Assembly (NCBI RefSeq): GCF_000341395.1
Contig: NC_020304.1
Span: forward strand, 2,040,001-2,072,000
DNA: 32,000 bases
Source: Desulfocapsa sulfexigens DSM 10523
Lineage (GTDB): Bacteria; Desulfobacterota; Desulfobulbia; Desulfobulbales; Desulfocapsaceae
Direction of reading: 5' to 3'
Part shown: piece after piece, positions 28,758 to 32,000 of the stretch
How positions within the stretch are numbered: the stretch's first letter is position 1
Layout of the letters: each line of letters starts with the position of its first letter
Program-made: the position numbers and the translations under genes
Notes under the pieces: model-generated
What the model was told of the DNA's origin: nothing
The model's input: the letters and a program-made list of their open reading frames with translations, nothing else
Database searches by the model: none

Positions 28758-30002
28758 ATGAAAAAAAAGATTTCCATAGTGGCTTTGAGTTCTGTACTGA
28801 TAGCCGGATCTGCCATGGCCTCTGGCTATCGCATTCCCGAGCAGTCTGTTGACTCGGTAGCCAAAGCTGGTGCCAATGTTGCCTCAGCCAACCAGGCGGA
28901 TACCGCCTATTATAATCCTGCCAATATGGGATGGTTGAAGAAAGATGCATGGCAGTTTGAAGGTGCATTGACCTATATTAATCTGCCATCTGTCAGCTAT
29001 GAGGATAACCGTAGCCCTCTTATGAATGGTAGCTCCAAGACTGAGAATTTTCTTCTCCCCACTTTCTTTCTTGTTTCTCCAGATATGAATAATTTCCGTC
29101 TCGGAATTTCAGCAATCGCTCCATTTGGCCTTTCCAAACGCTGGGAACAGCCCTTTCCCCGGAGTACTGCCGAAGAATATAGCCTTAACGTCTATGAGTT
29201 GAATCCAACCGTATCCTACACCATATCCGATATGTTCTCACTTGCAGGTGGTGTCCGTATGATCTACAGTACTGCCCAGGTGAGCAATTACGCGGTGCAG
29301 TCCAGCGGAATGATGGTTACCCGAAGTATGGAAGGTGATGCCATGGAGTGGGGATACAATCTGGCTGCTTCGGTTCGCCCTACCAAAGATATGAACATAT
29401 CTGCGACCTATCGTTCCAACGTTGATCTGGGGCTGGATGGTGATGTCACAATGGGAACAAATACCCCTTCAATCTTTGTCATGGAGACAAGTGGGGCTGT
29501 TGATCTTCCCGCACCCGCTGTATTGTCTCTTTCTCTTGCTTACACCTTTGGTCCAGCCACCATTGATCTGACCTGGGACAGAACATTCTGGTCAGAATAT
29601 GAAAGTATTGAATTTGACTATTCAAGCCCTGTTGCACATCCAGTGCTGAATGCTGTTTATACTCCAGCGATTCCTAAAAACTGGGATGACTCCAATGGCT
29701 ATCGCATAGGTCTTTCCTATGTGTTGAATCAGGATGTTACTCTGATGGCAGGGTTTGCCTATGACGAAACTCCAATACCGGATGAGACCCTTGGGTTTGA
29801 ACTTCCTGGTAGCAACGCCTGGCTCTACTCTGTTGGTGTTCGGTATCGTGTGAGTGAAGCCATGGAAATTGGGGCAGGATATCTGTATGATTACAAAGAA
29901 AGCCGAACCGTTGTCAATGGAAGCGCTACTACTGGCATCAATGGTGAATTCACTGATGCTGCTGCACATTTGTTAAGCTTTGGGTTGAGTTACGATTTCT
30001 AG
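28758..30002 (+). CDS. Outer-membrane transport protein, FadL/OmpP1/TodX family
   Basis: MKKKISIVALSSVLIAGSAMASGYRIPEQSVDSVAKAGANVASANQADTAYYNPANMGWL; C-terminal beta-barrel ending in aromatic F; RBS agagggagaa. Confidence 0.9.
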   Translation: MKKKISIVALSSVLIAGSAMASGYRIPEQSVDSVAKAGANVASANQADTAYYNPANMGWLKKDAWQFEGALTYINLPSVSYEDNRSPLMNGSSKTENFLLPTFFLVSPDMNNFRLGISAIAPFGLSKRWEQPFPRSTAEEYSLNVYELNPTVSYTISDMFSLAGGVRMIYSTAQVSNYAVQSSGMMVTRSMEGDAMEWGYNLAASVRPTKDMNISATYRSNVDLGLDGDVTMGTNTPSIFVMETSGAVDLPAPAVLSLSLAYTFGPATIDLTWDRTFWSEYESIEFDYSSPVAHPVLNAVYTPAIPKNWDDSNGYRIGLSYVLNQDVTLMAGFAYDETPIPDETLGFELPGSNAWLYSVGVRYRVSEAMEIGAGYLYDYKESRTVVNGSATTGINGEFTDAAAHLLSFGLSYDF

Positions 30003-30024
30003 ACCGCTTACAGAATATGTTCTT

Positions 30025-30068
30025 AAAAGCCCCTTGTCGACCGATGTTGGCAGGGGGCTTTTTTTTAG
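30025..30068 (+). terminator. Rho-independent terminator after the fadL-like gene
   Basis: agccccttg...cagggggct stem followed by a T run. Confidence 0.8.
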
Positions 30069-30115
30069 CTGGTAGAATGACCTGTCGCCTTGATTTCTGG
30101 ATAAGGATATCTGCT

Positions 30116-30745
30116 CTATAATAAGATATTTCGAGCAAAGTCAATGATCGGTAGTATCATCTTTGACAGTATGCCTGAAAATGCCAGGAGTATAATAATA
30201 ACAAACCCATAACGTTCAACCGATGCGTATGATCTTGCCATATCCGGAGGGAGGATGCCTGCAAGAATCTTGCTCCCGTCCAGTGGTGGAATGGGTAGGA
30301 AGTTAAAGATACAGAGTACCAGATTTATCCAGACGGAAGCCATGAGCACCTCATTCAACGGGACAAGGATAGCTTCGGCAATGGGGGAATAGGGAATGGT
30401 GGCGGCAATGAACCAGACGATCTTTGTAAGTATTGCACTGATAACAGCCAGCGCCAGATTCACAGCAGGGCCTGCAAGGGCCACCCATAGCATGTCCTTA
30501 CGTGGATTCTTGAAATAATACGGATTCACGGGTACCGGTTTTGCCCAACCGATTTTAATAATAAAAAATGCCAGTGTTCCTAGTGGATCAAGGTGTTTCA
30601 AAGGGTTTAATGTCAGGCGTCCCTCGTTTCTTGCAGTGGGGTCACCGAAACGGTAGGCTACATAGCCGTGGGCAAATTCGTGGACGGTCAGGGCCAGGAG
30701 GATTGGTGGGGCGAGAATTATTATCTGAAGAATAATACTATTCAT
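30116..30745 (-). CDS. Site-2 protease family (M50) membrane metallopeptidase
   Basis: ALTVHEFAHGYVAYRFGDPTA (HExxH), LPIPPLDGSKILAG (second motif), multiple TM segments. Confidence 0.92.
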   Translation of the reverse strand: MNSIILQIIILAPPILLALTVHEFAHGYVAYRFGDPTARNEGRLTLNPLKHLDPLGTLAFFIIKIGWAKPVPVNPYYFKNPRKDMLWVALAGPAVNLALAVISAILTKIVWFIAATIPYSPIAEAILVPLNEVLMASVWINLVLCIFNFLPIPPLDGSKILAGILPPDMARSYASVERYGFVIIILLAFSGILSKMILPIIDFARNILL

Positions 30746-30905
30746 AGTGTTTCTATTTCCAATGAAGTGTTTACGTGTCAGGGAAGAGTAATCATTGAAG
30801 GGTGAAGGCGCAAGGAGTCGGAGTTTCTCTTAATGATTGAGGATTGTGTTTATTTAAAAGCACAATTCTGGCATTGTTACTGAAGCGATTTTAGACAGAG
30901 CCCTG

Positions 30906-31802
30906 TCATCTTTTTCCTTCTCGTTTGTTTTCAAGATATTGAAAAACCCGGCTGAGCAGTAGAGTTATGATACAGGCCATGGCTAGTCGGCTGATGACAA
31001 TAATCCAGTAGTTTGCCCCAAAAAGAACGAAAATAAGAGGGTCTTCGAGAAGAGAATGGCAGATCATAAGGAAGGTAGCAATGAAAAAGATATCCTTTTT
31101 CTGAAGGTTACCCGATTCAGCTTCTTTAAAGAGAATCCCAGCACCATAGGTGATTCCCAGGAGTTGCCCGGTAAGTAATGAAAACGAAGTTTGCACCCGT
31201 TGACCATAGTGTGTAATAAACTGTGTCCGCTTAATTGTATCCATCAGAAAAATAACAATAGTAATGAGACTGATTATCTTTAGAGACAGGACTGCTGCAT
31301 TCGCCAGTGAGTGGAGTAGCATGTCGGGGATACTCGAATATGACGCGAGCTGGATGTTTTTCCCACTCCGTTCTCCTGTGAAAAATGAGGCAGGCAGGAA
31401 AAAAAGAGGCATGGTGGTGAGAAAGGCCATGGATATCCTCAGGCAGGTGGAGTAGAGAAAGCTGATGCCGAGCTTTTTCATAATACTGTTTTCCACTGGA
31501 AGGCTGTGACAGACTCCAAGGAAGACCCCGAGGATCGTCCATTCGTAGGAACTGAGCCCCAGCGGTGCTGCAAATGCTACTGCAGCGTATATATTGAGGA
31601 AGACCCCTGCGCAGATGGCCATTGCCGTTTCTGAAGGAAGCTGCAGAATGCTGGTAACCGGAGAAAAGAGAAAACTTACTGGTCGGAGGAGATCAAAGTA
31701 AAGAAGAATGTCGGCGAGAATATAAAATGGAATAACCAGTTTCAGTATAAGGATTGCACTGGCAAATGATGCTTTTAGGCTTTCGCGCAAAGAGTTTGGC
31801 AT
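30906..31802 (-). CDS. Nucleoside recognition (Gate) domain membrane protein
   Basis: 298-aa polytopic membrane protein with a repeated 'GVFLGVCHSLPVENSIMKKLG' / 'TFLMICHSLLEDPLIFVLFGANYW' pattern typical of this family. Confidence 0.65.
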   Translation of the reverse strand: MPNSLRESLKASFASAILILKLVIPFYILADILLYFDLLRPVSFLFSPVTSILQLPSETAMAICAGVFLNIYAAVAFAAPLGLSSYEWTILGVFLGVCHSLPVENSIMKKLGISFLYSTCLRISMAFLTTMPLFFLPASFFTGERSGKNIQLASYSSIPDMLLHSLANAAVLSLKIISLITIVIFLMDTIKRTQFITHYGQRVQTSFSLLTGQLLGITYGAGILFKEAESGNLQKKDIFFIATFLMICHSLLEDPLIFVLFGANYWIIVISRLAMACIITLLLSRVFQYLENKREGKR

Positions 31803-31958
31803 GGTAAGATGCTGTATACGGTATATTGCTTATAGCCGCAATGCTTATTCTACTCTTGACGATAAAGTAACTGCCTAATACATTACGCAATGTCTGAGAT
31901 GTCGTGTGCCGGTAGTTTTTTAAGGTTTAAATGAGTGTCAACTACAGTGAGGATTTTT

Positions 31959-32000
31959 GTGAATTACAGATATTGGTGGGTTTTCCTGCTTGCTTTTTTG
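31959..32000 (+). CDS. Start of an unidentified CDS (runs off window end)
   Basis: GTG start preceded by cagtgagga RBS-like sequence: VNYRYWWVFLLAFL...; N-terminal TM/signal segment only. Confidence 0.4.
   Translation, partial: MNYRYWWVFLLAFL

Noticed and set aside
1-32000. CRISPR arrays, toxin-antitoxin, phage defence islands or IS transposases
   Set aside because: No regularly spaced repeats, Cas, transposase or integrase signatures, and no defence-type gene cluster recognised in any frame.

Overview
This 32 kb window looks like an ordinary chromosomal segment, probably from a Desulfobacterota-like bacterium (taxon is inferred). It contains the edge of an exopolysaccharide export locus, then housekeeping genes: a DUF721/DciA-like gene, a cysteine synthase/cysteinyl-tRNA-synthetase-like fusion, tRNA-Arg(UCU), truA, an SF2 helicase, typA/bipA, Nudix, HAD, a ketopantoate-reductase-like gene, a GDSL hydrolase, glgX, a DUF1566 protein, a D-Ala-D-Ala carboxypeptidase, an acyl-CoA synthetase, a FadL-like protein, an M50 protease and a nucleoside-recognition-domain protein. 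The main candidate for an unusual system is a tightly packed four-gene SOS/mutagenesis cassette at about 19.97-25.63 kb: lexA, a DUF72 (YecE-like) gene, an ImuB-like Y-family polymerase homologue with its catalytic acidic residues replaced, and a DnaE2/ImuC-like C-family polymerase. No imuA is visible, and DUF72 sits in its usual slot. The cassette is preceded by two copies of the 10-bp palindrome AATGTACATT flanking a plausible promoter. Other observations are: (i) a CysK-CysRS-like fusion whose HIGH and KMSKS motifs are degenerate while its four expected zinc ligands are kept; (ii) two ~97% identical ~177-bp full-length imperfect palindromes (MITE/REP-like) between converging genes, one flanked by an 8-bp direct repeat. 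I saw no CRISPR array, rRNA, prophage or transposase gene. Family names rest on motif recognition by eye, with no database search.
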